DNA of 64,000 bases. Source: Nitrospirales bacterium (GTDB lineage Bacteria; Nitrospirota; Nitrospiria; Nitrospirales; UBA8639). Where the stretch lies: the NCBI GenBank assembly GCA_029261295.1, contig JAJDBP010000014.1:8474-72473 (forward strand). Direction: 5' to 3'. The notes beneath the pieces are model-generated. The model had not been told where the DNA came from and searched no databases. It saw only the letters and a list, made by a program, of their open reading frames with translations. A program made the position numbers and the translations under genes. Below, piece by piece: positions 31,801 to 38,775 of this stretch (positions are counted from its first letter, which is position 1; each line of letters begins with the position of its first letter).

Positions 31801-32437
31801 TTATGTCCGGCGGAAGGAAATCCGGAAGCAACCGGGCGATGTACGCTTCAATGTCGGTGGCGTCGGTCCGATTTCCAGCTAGATCAACAACCCCTTGGAT
31901 GAGATCCGCCCCTCGTAGCCCATCTAGGTAGCGGGCAATCAAAAGTCCATCGCTCAACACACGCACGGAACCATTGTCATCCACGTCAAAACGTGTGGGA
32001 TCGGCCGCATCTAAATAGTCCACAATACTAGCGGCATCGTTGCGATTTCCTGCTTGATCTACCACACCCTCGACGAGCGATTGCCCGCGTAGACCAAAGG
32101 CATAGCGTAGAAACAACAACCCATCCTGTGCAGCTATGGCTTCTCCATTGTCATCAAGGTCTAAATTGGCGGCAGGGGGTGGGTCGCCCGCTAACGCGGA
32201 ACTTTCCAGGTGGAGGCTTTGGTTTTCTTGAAGATCCAGGGAGGTTTCTACAACAATGGCAGGAGGAATAAGATCGAGTTCTTCAGCAGGCAAGACATCT
32301 GCGCTGAGGAGGATGCGCGGTTCTAACGGTTCAAAGATTAGGGGATTAGGTCGAGGCTGCTGCCTAGCTCTGAACATTTCCGAACGCATCGCTTGTTTGA
32401 AGTTGGCTTTGGCAAAAAAACGTTCCGCCAGATTCAT
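22814..32437 (-). CDS. Giant (3207 aa) surface adhesin-like protein. Domain order is an LEPRILLSAD N-terminus, 2x dockerin-like, Ig-like/SbsA-Ig, CarboxypepD_reg-like, a Gly-rich hinge with a hydrophobic/helical cassette, TSP3 repeats, an LVIVD beta-propeller, Ig/IPT domains, 5x PPC-like repeats, and IPT.
   Basis: Uninterrupted ORF starting at ATG. The N-terminus is ...NPLIFEPLEPRILLSADV. The dockerin-like pair is LDLDDNGEAIAAQDGLLFLRYAFGLRG and FDVDDNGSVRVLSDGLLIARYLDGLRG. Other landmarks:
- Ig-like: LANDTGQFATDGLTSDPTIIG.
- CarboxypepD_reg-like: VFGYVFDS...IVGATIRVD...VTDENGFFLL.
- TSP3: DTDGDGLVDLAE...DNSDTDDDGISDLSEIQQGLNPLD.
- LVIVD-type: GFHGLAIVDVSQFDNPIVLG and GVHLIDVSNPMFP.
- PPC-like: DVDLFSF...G.YY.GVSG..N..YDP. 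Confidence 0.9.
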   Translation of the reverse strand: MNLAERFFAKANFKQAMRSEMFRARQQPRPNPLIFEPLEPRILLSADVLPAEELDLIPPAIVVETSLDLQENQSLHLESSALAGDPPPAANLDLDDNGEAIAAQDGLLFLRYAFGLRGQSLVEGVVDQAGNRNDAASIVDYLDAADPTRFDVDDNGSVRVLSDGLLIARYLDGLRGADLIQGVVDLAGNRTDATDIEAYIARLLPDFLPPDITATLANDTGQFATDGLTSDPTIIGVVTEMNPLGIFQATLFDAEGMTALDILPLVQSDGSFQLNVVDLEAIKGAPLIEGFHRLQLLAKDEQGNLSDVLETSFILDRIGPILQNAPGGILSETFSAFTLEFNEAVSPEAFAAVSYSVEVSGGPNAGQNIPIISVEQVDVTTAELHLGGELADQDYTFTITGPLFDLAGQPFATPAIVPFTVLDPAAIAETSPLGGEEMVNLTRETIVRFDEAIDPTTITEENVYLIAQGERVPGRLQVSSTERFVTLFYDNALPASTEVRLVVDGDSISGQDGHLLDADGDGVPGGVLTADFRTLPLTRIPGTNVFGYVFDSVNVDAEGNNIPIVGATIRVDAFPEANVVTDENGFFLLQNMPAPEFFVHIDGSTAINAPAGTVYPNVGKPFHSVPGQEIQIEKNLQPFDIFLPPIAQGDIQLLSPTEATQVGFGPGGVAELQEMFPAIDPAMWEVMQVTFEAGSAIDDQGNPATQAAIIPVPPNRLPAPLPPGVVPQLVLSIQAEGATNFDVPAQVTFPNVDGLNPGDSSLIWSFDHDAGNWKVIGAGTVTSDGMAIVSDPGVGILAPGWYLTQPGIQLGGSVGGNAGGGGNEGDPPHDPNDPRPKRQLVNAGSNALNFGLGAFSLGTSIVTSTLGTENSGIGRFAGALTIAIDLVGFIDDPTILGGVSLFFSGIAIFPTPLGLAASLARTGIGIYQMSDALQKVGEELNKAKNLGQEWSLGSGITSELVDGSAFSAAIHEIDFLLNELNVQSEIYLNMETNLSMALAIMELGDPEAPDLGLDVEQQMELQRHLELSIASMQAIEGRIWFVDGLRDLLPLIQAAVDEIMAPFADPVQGAVVAVQVGNLNLQTTTDADGKWRLVVPENEFYTGSVYLPAQNLIGEFSGFSGDSLTLDPNTGFRTVTDSGRSYLAIPDETFLDTDGDGLVDLAEITMGTSLDNSDTDDDGISDLSEIQQGLNPLDDRGFPTGIISRVPLNGPAMDIIVEGSLTDEEQQTAYIATGFHGLAIVDVSQFDNPIVLGQLDLPGAATGVSVDTNLEIAVVASGEGGVHLIDVSNPMFPQLFKTVALIANNVEVADGFVYAAVGDTLVLIDLLTGVVQGQHQYVTGPIDDMAISDGFLYFVSSAHASTHTVSKIELIADPFEIIDQITMDQFQILDSLSIFAGGGLVYLAPVDSANTMPGLEIISDGTNGLELIGEPSDINVFDVVVNGSGIAIFAGLNNPEGADLGVLDVSDPTQTDRFLTSFLILGGIQDIAIGGGIAFVAGNPFGLHVVNYLPFDGLGVAPTISLSHMLDDIDPNTNGIQIFEGAPLALRADVEDDVQARNVEWLVNGEVVRQDVSFPWDFLTSAPIINGASSLTVQARATDTGGNSALSNILSFELVEDTVAPSVVGTFPLADGAVISAASIDLTFNEALDDDQLDVAGVTILNLGADGIVGGGDDLAIDLSDLVLRNRGQLLSVIPQSTLIPGNYLVTIDQSILADLAGNHVTEALTLSFEIGTVDSEAEFGIPLESDLPSANVGQSIELGGGNITLATQVVFPSRDLDGGETTIAVLPSLALNEAEKLQVIVPDEARTGIVTLSGGGGSFPLQIVPVITGINGQPGIAAPFELIGTGFQEGVSTVTIGGLTLVDQFTNDDQIDVAGSLSVVAPLAVEGPIRVTTDGGYFEFPGPTFPGQPVVEFLSLEASADEGLPADPGQPSANTGQSILLHGQGFSNQTLVQFEARDDSGFVGTLTRTGEANGDGTQLSVDVPALAQTGLVRVLGSPIALPLQIVPTLRSVGGAIAPGTQLVLEGTGLSDGNLFLAIDGEVVSVLDVKTIVDSANIFGPGLDQQIVELTVPNNVSNGVITLATSGGSAILRDGVPITMLPDLVLPDDVGDTLATAQNLGLTGNSQVRLRSVVGDTTLGPLDVDLFSFSAQADDALSFAGIPPSTGLTEVRVFNDSGVELFHTTIIGGTGVSSEDEFVAPGSGNYYLGVSGLGNVLYDPTAAGSGSVGSIGIYDVEMTLSRLMEIAPVIASVDVGDTLSTASLVNLPTKNVVTVSAAIGDSVLAGAEVDLFAINLGAGDGLTVELESNFLDSVLRVFDDTGFELAIAQDELDFQAPAAGIYYVGVSGLSNFAYDPTILGSGVEGETGMYALTLIRPELMELPDLVPPVDIGGTTATALVQAVPLNQQIRIDAVIGDNGSGDGDVDLYQVDLSAGDVVFFEVETTGLNPPSSLAPVLRVFDHMGIEVGFGFDFFSAEVPDTATYYVGVSGEGNDVYNPLNGANSVGGSLGAYALMIGRLELTQLPDIFTTVDTGETLGTAMPIALPGNSEVLFSAAVGDGPLGGADVDVLSFSGLAGEIVNVTTLSVRGVPLSLRLFNQAGTELAANGDGLFGSVSVIDDFVVPADGTYFVGISGWPNMTYDPILGGGGSVGDADGYMVLLERMSLSTLPDFVIRMDVGDTLGTAQFIDLPLNHRVTLEGMVGDTIFDGRDVDFFQVTASAGEILSIRVPADGPSFFSARAFDLDGTLLAIVSSGGMNTSMRIPDSGTVFIGVSGTSNSFYDPMLENSGINGDKGLYTVALQLIEEGSLTVTNIIASAVSGIPARPGLSSANVGQVITLEGSGLTSADRIVFTTIDPSGEVQTQMVSPTMVAGEGSRLDVVVPDFAATGMVRLERETVGQFLQVIPTLTDVEQLINGPFHDEPLILTGSGFTEGVLAVHFDDQTLIDSGPMTGPVVSAIFPNANSELFLVVPNGVPTGPIQVMTLGGTSDPFDPVFSGMSAIAESSMAPDLGQTSANAGQMIVLQESETDHDSDVFVPVLDPLKQTVQPVEQLLPTTGDAPEFTMIMPNIEVTGLAGIVGDQSNPGSTTKAVTFGRRNSDASELFIAAELLSETPEVPKSVGSRNDFSTRMALPVMGRKFFDASKNEVPKKSFPSVSIPVTKVVQKKIPHATHVGEEKLVPHSVSLFPSPSLWLQAFLTDHLPLERV
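24010..26140 (-). repeat. Five tandem ~140-aa pre-peptidase-C-terminal (PPC)-like domain repeats within the giant CDS
   Basis: Each unit starts LPD(L/I/F)V..(V/M)D(V/I/T)G(D/E/G)T(L/T).TA. It then contains (D/E)VD(L/V/F)(F/Y/L).(F/I/V) and G(.)Y(Y/F)(L/V)G(V/I)SG...N..YDP, and ends G.Y.(V/L).(L/M). I counted five units by eye in the translation. Confidence 0.75.
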
Positions 32438-32440
32438 GCT

Positions 32441-32641
32441 TTAGCCTCCAGGAATTTTTATTCGTTCTACAAGAATGGGTAAGGTGAATGCTTTTCCATC
32501 CAACAGTTCAATAGCCCATCTGTTTTGAAGGAACGACTCATGAAGAAACTCTTCATTCTCTATGGATAAGGAACGAAATCCAGAGGGGGAACTAACTAGT
32601 TCGTTGCCTGCACTAAAATTAACAATCAATGGGTCAAACAC
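32441..32641 (-). CDS. Possible small ORF (66 aa) translationally coupled to the giant gene; function unknown
   Basis: GTG start. Its stop TAA (32441-32443) lies 3 nt upstream of the giant gene ATG (32437), and its last codons CCT GGA GGC supply the GGAGG Shine-Dalgarno for the giant. There is no recognisable motif. Confidence 0.3.
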   Translation of the reverse strand: MFDPLIVNFSAGNELVSSPSGFRSLSIENEEFLHESFLQNRWAIELLDGKAFTLPILVERIKIPGG

Positions 32642-32764
32642 TATTACTCAGTAGCAGAACCATGCCGCCGCAATCGACCCAAGCTTAACTTCATTCGTAA
32701 ATAATTGCAAAAGGAAAGGGCCGGCAAATACGCATTGCGCCGCTATTGACTTTACTTGTTGAAC

Positions 32765-33076
32765 TCACGGTGTTGAAAAGGCTGGCGCTGAGAAGATCTC
32801 TCTTTCCTGTGGGCGTTCACCTTTCTTGACTCTGGTGAATCTTTTTTTCTTCATACATTGTTCCACATCTAAACTTGACGTATCAGGAGGGGGGCTGAAC
32901 TTTCTGGTCGGATCCGAAAGGGGCTGGACGATCAGACTTTGGCAATCGCTGAGGGCTTGCTGTGCCTCAATTTCGGATGTGTCTTGTTTCACCCATGCAG
33001 TCTGGGTACAGGCAACCAACATTCCTACACACAAGAGCGCGGCTAATCGATGCATAACACCTGACTCAACGAGCAT
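32765..33076 (-). CDS. Small lipoprotein, unknown function
   Basis: 103-aa ORF. The probable start is ATG 33055, giving MHRLAALLCVGMLVAC|TQT with an LVAC lipobox. The mature part is short and charged. Confidence 0.55.
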   Translation of the reverse strand: MLVESGVMHRLAALLCVGMLVACTQTAWVKQDTSEIEAQQALSDCQSLIVQPLSDPTRKFSPPPDTSSLDVEQCMKKKRFTRVKKGERPQEREIFSAPAFSTP

Positions 33077-33154
33077 AGCGATACCCAGAGCCTTTTTAAA
33101 ATTAAAACGGGCTAAACAATTCCATGGGAACCATTCGCCATTCTCGTTATGGGG

Positions 33155-33949
33155 TTAGATTTGTTTTTCTTTCTTCCATCGCCATCCCAAAAACCCGGCT
33201 AGACCTGTGCCGAACAATATAAAGGTCGAGGGTTCAGGAATGGGGTCCGGAGTCCGAGTCGTTTCCAACGCTCCTGAAAAGGTAACGGTCTCGACACTAT
33301 CAGGATCAGTGTGGGTGATGAAAAATGAACTTGACGGAGCCCTGCCCCCCGTATCAGAAATGATAAGAGTGAGCGAGGCTTGCTGTCCAAGACCAAGCAC
33401 GACATCCCAACCCATCGCCACGGCTACATCGTCTTCCAGGCCGGCAGGAATCTCGTTCACATCATCCAAGAGACCGTCTTCAAAATTAAAGGGAATATCA
33501 CCGAATAAAAATCCTGGTTCGTCAATTTCCCATGTATCAGGATTCACTCCGCCCAAGGTTCCTGAAGCGGCTCCAAATTCGTTGAAAAAATCATTGACGG
33601 ATACGGCAATTTCCAAGTCAAAATATGTCAAAATACTTCCTATTACGGTTCCCACTGCAGTCGCCGCTCTGGTAATAACTACTTCAATCTTTCCCAGTCC
33701 TGTTCCACCGCTTCCACTATTGAATGTGCCAAATTCTTTAAAGGACGCATTCAAGCTTGAAAATTCTGGGGGGACAACTTCCGTCCCGCCATCCCAGGCC
33801 GAAAAATTGTAATTGAACATGAGATCCATTCCTGAGGTTCGAAACGCTGATTGAAAATTACCAATTTGGGCGGCTTGAGCCAGACTACTAAAGAGAAAGA
33901 TGACGAACATTCCCAGTAAGAGAAAAATGTTTTTTCGAGAATACATCAT
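33155..33949 (-). CDS. PEP-CTERM sorting-domain protein, unknown N-domain
   Basis: 264 aa starting at ATGATG, preceded by AGGAGG. The signal peptide is IFLLLGMFVIFLFSSLAQA. The C-terminus is PIPEPSTFILFGTGLAGFLGWRWKKEKQI. Confidence 0.85.
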   Translation of the reverse strand: MMYSRKNIFLLLGMFVIFLFSSLAQAAQIGNFQSAFRTSGMDLMFNYNFSAWDGGTEVVPPEFSSLNASFKEFGTFNSGSGGTGLGKIEVVITRAATAVGTVIGSILTYFDLEIAVSVNDFFNEFGAASGTLGGVNPDTWEIDEPGFLFGDIPFNFEDGLLDDVNEIPAGLEDDVAVAMGWDVVLGLGQQASLTLIISDTGGRAPSSSFFITHTDPDSVETVTFSGALETTRTPDPIPEPSTFILFGTGLAGFLGWRWKKEKQI

Positions 33950-34466
33950 AGGGTTTCCTCCTGCACCATTCTTAACTAGGCCATAATGATATCCAATGAA
34001 TCAATGCTCGACCTTCTCAGATGTTTCTTGTCCATACCGTTGCAAGCGTTAGGGAAAGGATTTTCGTATCAAAGCCAGAGAGATCCTAGAGAATTTGTTT
34101 TTTTTGTCAATCCCCTCAGTAGGGCACCATAATTTGGAAGGGCGCCACCTCTCTTTTTTCCTGACGTTTCGCAATTTCGAATGGCTCGGAAGGTCCGTTT
34201 GGCACCAATGAATGAAGATCACGATTGTCGAGACCTACGGTTTCTAATATTGGTCGAATATCGAGGAGGAGATTCCTCAACAGATGACCGAGTCGGAGCC
34301 ATTTCCGATGGAGGAGCCAGCAGGAATTTTCCTAATTGTGGGTGGGCACTTTATCAATAGGATCGGGCACACCTTAGGGAGTACTCCCCAGACTTTCACA
34401 TGTGCCCATAAGCTTAGAGAGAGATAAAAATCCTCGAGAAGAAATTTTTCGGAAGGGCAGGAGTTT

Positions 34467-35234
34467 TTAGGAGTCTTTTGGGGAATAGTTACGAAAGGCC
34501 AACCATCCGATCAAGCCCGTAGAAAGAAGCAAGAAGGTACTCGGCTCTGGTACAGGGGTTCCATACAAAAATTGGGCACCGGCAATATCATCAGTTTGTA
34601 GCCCGCGTACCGCTTCGGAATAAAAGGCATTCATCAGGGCTGGTTGGCCAAATGAATGCCGCAAGCCAATGGCATGCCCAATTTCATGGCTAACCACTTG
34701 AAACACATCCCGAGTCACTGAAAATCCATCAACACTATTGAGAGCCCACAACTCGGCAATATCCAGATGAATATCCCCTGCCCCACTGATGCCATTCGGG
34801 GGAGGGAAAAAGCCATGGGCTAAGACGCCTCCTCCACCATCAAATATATGCCCTGTTAAACGAATGTCGCCAAAGGAACCCGTCCCGGCATCAACAGGGG
34901 AGCCATCGTCCACGACCTCAATAAAATTAAGATTCGCCACCTCTTCCCACGCCTGAAACGCTAAGACCACCTGATCTTTGTACCCGGTTGGTAGGAAATC
35001 TTCGAAGGAAGTGGTGGTGCATCCAAAAAACTCAATTGCACATGACGCGCCACTTGGCATGAGACTCCAAGTAATAGTTGCGCCAGTGCCAAATGCTGGG
35101 TCACCCCACTTTGAACCCCACAGAGTAAAGCCGAAGGCCTGGGAGTTGCCCAGGGTCAACAACAGGCCAACCAGGATTCCAAGTGCCATAAATCTGTCCC
35201 ACCGTCTGATTATACTGAAGTGCTGGTTCTCCAC
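34467..35234 (-). CDS. Matrixin (M10)-type zinc metalloprotease with a PEP-CTERM sorting tail
   Basis: 255 aa, starting at GTG 35234 or ATG 35189. The signal peptide is ALGILVGLLLTLGNSQA. The zinc motif is VVSHEIGHAIGLRHS (HExxHxxGxxH), followed by ALMNAFY (Met-turn-like). The C-terminus is PVPEPSTFLLLSTGLIGWLAFRNY. Confidence 0.85.
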   Translation of the reverse strand: MENQHFSIIRRWDRFMALGILVGLLLTLGNSQAFGFTLWGSKWGDPAFGTGATITWSLMPSGASCAIEFFGCTTTSFEDFLPTGYKDQVVLAFQAWEEVANLNFIEVVDDGSPVDAGTGSFGDIRLTGHIFDGGGGVLAHGFFPPPNGISGAGDIHLDIAELWALNSVDGFSVTRDVFQVVSHEIGHAIGLRHSFGQPALMNAFYSEAVRGLQTDDIAGAQFLYGTPVPEPSTFLLLSTGLIGWLAFRNYSPKDS

Positions 35235-35706
35235 TTTTGGTCAACGCTCCTTGAGGGAATGAATGTCAATGGAAAATCACCATACCGAGAATGTTGAACA
35301 TTTCCTACCCCTCAAAAGTGACTCTGCTTCCTCAATTCAAAATTGCGTTAACACACGATATTCACGAAGAAGACAACCTATTTCTCAAAGAGTGAACAGA
35401 AATGAATTCTAGGAGTACATCCGAAAGCACATGTAGAATGTGGAAAGAGACAAGGCTGAATGGACATTGCACCTCAAGAAAAACACAGGTCTGTGTAAAG
35501 AGAAGGAAGCGTTAATCGTTTCCTTATTCTCGGATGATCGAGTATTTCCACATTTGCATAGATTGACCACGAGATTATTTTTTTTCTTGACTTCTTTCAT
35601 CATATTTAAGAGCATGGGTTCCAAATCACACCGCACACTACCCTCCTACCCCTAATGACTTGGCTCTTCATGTGCGTATTGAGAGTCAGGAAATAGGGAG
35701 GGCTTC

Positions 35707-37455
35707 ATGTTCTTGTTGAAGAAAACCATACTCGTTTTCCTGCTGTGGCTTTCAGCCTGTGGCCTACCCACCCTGATCTGGGCATTGGATACCGCGCCGT
35801 TTGACGTGGATGGGGATTCCGTCACCAATCCCATGACCGATGCGCAAATGATCATGCGCAAAATGATGGGTCTGGATGGGGCTGCCCTTACCGATGGCGT
35901 CGTGAATCCCGCTGGAACGCGCACCGATCCGGATGAAATCAATACCTTCCTTGAAGCCAATCTATTAAGTCCTGAAGACCACTTAACTATTACCGCAGTG
36001 TTTGTCGACGTGAACAATGGGACGCTCACGATCAAAGGAAAAAATTTTGACATCATCAATGTGCCATTAGAAGTCACACTTGAGGAATTAGGAATATTAA
36101 ATGTCGTAGGAGTATCAACCGCCATTGAGGTCGTTGCCGATTTGCCAGCTGGAATTCTTCCTGGAGACTATGTTCTTACCCTTTCAAAAGGTGAAGCTCT
36201 GAGTCAACAAGACTCATTCGATTTGACGATAGGGCAAGGTGCGCAAGGACCTGAAGGCCCGGAAGGACCACCTGGCCCCGAGGGTCCTCCCGGACCGGCG
36301 GGAACATCCAATCTGATCAATATGCGTTGTCCACCCGGACAGGTCATTTATGGATTTGACCAAATAGGTGGAATTTTATGTGCAGATGCCGCAATCGGTG
36401 CGCCAACGCTTCCACCAATCGCCAACCTTTTACCGGGCGACTTGATCATCACTGAGATTATGGCTAATCCTTCCGGCATCAATGCCGAACGAGAGTGGTT
36501 TGAAATACATAATGTCTCTGGCAAGAATTTTGACCTCAATGGAATGGAAATTCTTATCAATGGCACCAATGCGTTGACCCTGACTTCCGCAGTTTCTCTC
36601 CCTTCAGGAGGCTTTCTCGTCATTGGCCGGAACCAGGACCCTCAGGTGAATGGGGGCCTGGCTGTGGATGTCGTCATAGCGGCCACACTTTCCAATACAG
36701 ATAGTTCGATTGAATTACGGAACGGATCTGCCTTAATCGATCAGGTTACGTATACCACGCCAACCTGGCCTATTATTTCTGGTCGAGCCTTACAATTTTC
36801 TGGCACCACCGCCACTGAAAACGATGATGTGGGTTTTTGGTGCGTGGCCTTTGATGTTTATGGAGACGGGGACTTCGGAACACCTGGTGTCACAAACCCT
36901 ACATGCCCAGATATCTCCATTTCCAACCTCTTACCAGGCGACTTGGTCATCACCGAAATAATGGTCAATCCTTCAGGATCGGATAACGGGCGAGAATGGT
37001 TTGAAATACAGAATGTTTCTGGAAAAAGTTTTGACTTGCAAGGGCTGGAAATTCTCATCAACGACAACAATGCGTTGACCATCCCCTCCTCCGCGTTCAT
37101 TCCTTCAGGAGGATTTCTGGTGTTTGGTCAAAGTCAGGATGTCAACGTCAATGGAGGCCTACTGGTCAATTTCCTCTTCACAGCACCACTACCCAATACA
37201 GGCGGATCGATCGAACTCCTCAACGGATTGATTTCCGTGGATCGTGTGGCCTATTCATCCGGCTGGCCCCTTGTAGTAGGAAGCGCCATGAGTTTCGGTG
37301 GAAACGATGCCACACAAAATGATAATGCGGCCTTTTGGTGCGCGGCAACAATGACATATGGCGATGGAGATTTGGGGACACCCGGCAGTCTCAATCCTCT
37401 TTGCAGTCAATCCCTCCTAAATTCTCAAGAGGGCAAACGAAAAAGATTGCGGTGA
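35707..37455 (+). CDS. Collagen-stalk exported protein, head type A. Domain order is signal peptide, single dockerin-like repeat, IPT-like beta domain, short collagen triple helix, 2x lamin-tail domains (LTD), and a basic tail.
   Basis: 582 aa starting at ATG, preceded by GGGAGG. The dockerin-like repeat is [54 protein letters not shown]. The IPT-like segment is LTITAVFVDVNNGTLTIKGKNF. The collagen tract is [24 protein letters not shown]. The LTD motifs are LPGDLIITEIMANPSGINAEREWFEIHNVSGKNFDLNGMEI and LPGDLVITEIMVNPSGSDNGREWFEIQNVSGKSFDLQGLEI. The protein ends EGKRKRLR. Confidence 0.85.
   Translation: MFLLKKTILVFLLWLSACGLPTLIWALDTAPFDVDGDSVTNPMTDAQMIMRKMMGLDGAALTDGVVNPAGTRTDPDEINTFLEANLLSPEDHLTITAVFVDVNNGTLTIKGKNFDIINVPLEVTLEELGILNVVGVSTAIEVVADLPAGILPGDYVLTLSKGEALSQQDSFDLTIGQGAQGPEGPEGPPGPEGPPGPAGTSNLINMRCPPGQVIYGFDQIGGILCADAAIGAPTLPPIANLLPGDLIITEIMANPSGINAEREWFEIHNVSGKNFDLNGMEILINGTNALTLTSAVSLPSGGFLVIGRNQDPQVNGGLAVDVVIAATLSNTDSSIELRNGSALIDQVTYTTPTWPIISGRALQFSGTTATENDDVGFWCVAFDVYGDGDFGTPGVTNPTCPDISISNLLPGDLVITEIMVNPSGSDNGREWFEIQNVSGKSFDLQGLEILINDNNALTIPSSAFIPSGGFLVFGQSQDVNVNGGLLVNFLFTAPLPNTGGSIELLNGLISVDRVAYSSGWPLVVGSAMSFGGNDATQNDNAAFWCAATMTYGDGDLGTPGSLNPLCSQSLLNSQEGKRKRLR
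36232..36303 (+). repeat. Collagen-like G-X-Y tract (8 triplets)
   Basis: The sequence ggg caa ggt gcg caa gga cct gaa ggc ccg gaa gga cca cct ggc ccc gag ggt cct ccc gga ccg gcg gga translates to [24 protein letters not shown]. Confidence 0.9.
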
Positions 37456-37567
37456 GTTTAATCGTATCGAAAAACTCCATGACGTCACATCAAGCCTCAT
37501 TGTCCAGGCTTCCACATGTCGACCAACAAGGCTTGGACCAAAATAAATTAAGAAAGGCAAAACACCC

Positions 37568-38698
37568 ATGAAAGGCAATTATCTGTTGAGCAGACTTTTA
37601 TACCTATGGCTTTTGCTTTTACCCATCCCCTCCTTGACCTGGGCGCTGGATACGGCGCTCTTTGACGTCGATGGGGATTCGGTTGCCAATCCCATGACCG
37701 ATGGGAATCTGATCATGCGAAAAATGTTAGGGCTAGAAGGAACCGCCCTCACCGATGGCGTGGTGAATCCTGCCGGTTTACGTACCGAAGAGGATGAAAT
37801 TAATGCCTTTTTGGAAGCCAGCATGTTGGCCCCGGCGGATCACTTAACGATTACCGAAGTGTTGGTGGACCTAGAGGCAGGAACGCTAACCATCACCGGC
37901 CAAAATTTCCCCATGGGAACCGACCCGATTGTCTTGCTCGGAAATGATACCGTCCCTCTCGGTCTAAGCGGTGTCCCAATGGAAATGGAAATTATTGCAT
38001 TTTTACCGACGCCGGTCATCAATGGGGACTACCTGCTGACCGTTTCGAAAGGTGACGCCCCATCCGAGCGAGATTCATACAACATTACGATTGGTCAAAG
38101 TCCACCTGGCCCCGAAGGGCCAGAAGGTCCTCAGGGGCCGCAAGGATTTCCCGGGGTCCAAGGACTACAAGGACCGGAAGGAGCACAAGGACCTCCAGGC
38201 CCAGCCGCAGATGGCTCCGTACCAATTGACGAATCAGATGCACCTACCGAAGAAATGATTTTTATGAATATTGATGATGGTGCAATTAAGGGAAACGCAA
38301 TCACTTCCGGATATGAAGAGCAAATCGTGGTGGGCTATGTCATGTATGGTGTCGCTCAGGCTGGAGAATGGGAAGAGGGAGAACAAATCACCGGAAGAAT
38401 CACCACCTTTGGCGAATTTCAGATTGTAAAAAATGTCCAAATTGGGAACGGGACTCCAGAATTATTATTCGCCTCCGCAAATAAAACCCAATTCGACAAA
38501 GTTGAGATTAACTTTGTGACGGGAAATGATGCCTATGCGACCATTTCTCTTGAAAAAGTTATCATTACAAGTGACACCGTAAAATTTGATCAGGAATTTA
38601 CCTTGCCAATTGAAATTGTCAGCCTATCGTATCGGAAAGCCACCTGGCGTGTTGGAACAGCAACCACTTCCTATAATCTTGAGGCCGCTACCGACTAA
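37568..38698 (+). CDS. Collagen-stalk exported protein, head type B. It has the same N-terminal module as 35707..37455, a longer collagen helix, and a C-terminal Hcp-like (T6SS tube-protein-fold-like) domain.
   Basis: 376 aa with the signal peptide LLYLWLLLLPIPSLTWA. The dockerin-like repeat is [53 protein letters not shown]. The IPT-like segment is LTITEVLVDLEAGTLTITGQNF. The collagen tract is GPEGPEGPQGPQGFPGVQGLQGPEGAQGPPG. The C-terminal domain is IFMNIDDGAIKGNAITSGYEEQIVVGYVMYGVAQ...GRITTFGEFQIVKNVQIGNGTPELLFASANKTQFDKVEINFV...ISLEKVIITS...PIEIVSLSYRKATWRV. It follows the Hcp1 pattern I.G......H...I.V.s.s.g..q ... dl.f.K..D..sP.L ... v.l.f ... L..v.i.s ... E.v.L.y.k. Confidence 0.7.
   Translation: MKGNYLLSRLLYLWLLLLPIPSLTWALDTALFDVDGDSVANPMTDGNLIMRKMLGLEGTALTDGVVNPAGLRTEEDEINAFLEASMLAPADHLTITEVLVDLEAGTLTITGQNFPMGTDPIVLLGNDTVPLGLSGVPMEMEIIAFLPTPVINGDYLLTVSKGDAPSERDSYNITIGQSPPGPEGPEGPQGPQGFPGVQGLQGPEGAQGPPGPAADGSVPIDESDAPTEEMIFMNIDDGAIKGNAITSGYEEQIVVGYVMYGVAQAGEWEEGEQITGRITTFGEFQIVKNVQIGNGTPELLFASANKTQFDKVEINFVTGNDAYATISLEKVIITSDTVKFDQEFTLPIEIVSLSYRKATWRVGTATTSYNLEAATD
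38108..38200 (+). repeat. Collagen-like G-X-Y tract (about 10 triplets)
   Basis: Translates to GPEGPEGPQGPQGFPGVQGLQGPEGAQGPPG. Confidence 0.9.
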
Positions 38699-38775
38699 GG
38701 GGAAACAATCAAAAATTCCTATAACCACCATCCCTGTTAAGCCTAAACATCTCTCTCACACAAAAAGGACCGCAT

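Noticed and set aside
33207-33812. A 201-aa plus-strand ORF, plus similar long alternative-frame ORFs such as 35652..36125, 45157..45699, 48708..49205, 48839..49312, 41048..41548 and 29715..30137.
   Set aside because: Each is fully nested in or antisense to a longer ORF that has a signal peptide and recognisable domains. Their translations are low-complexity or R/P/S-rich, which is typical of off-frame reads.
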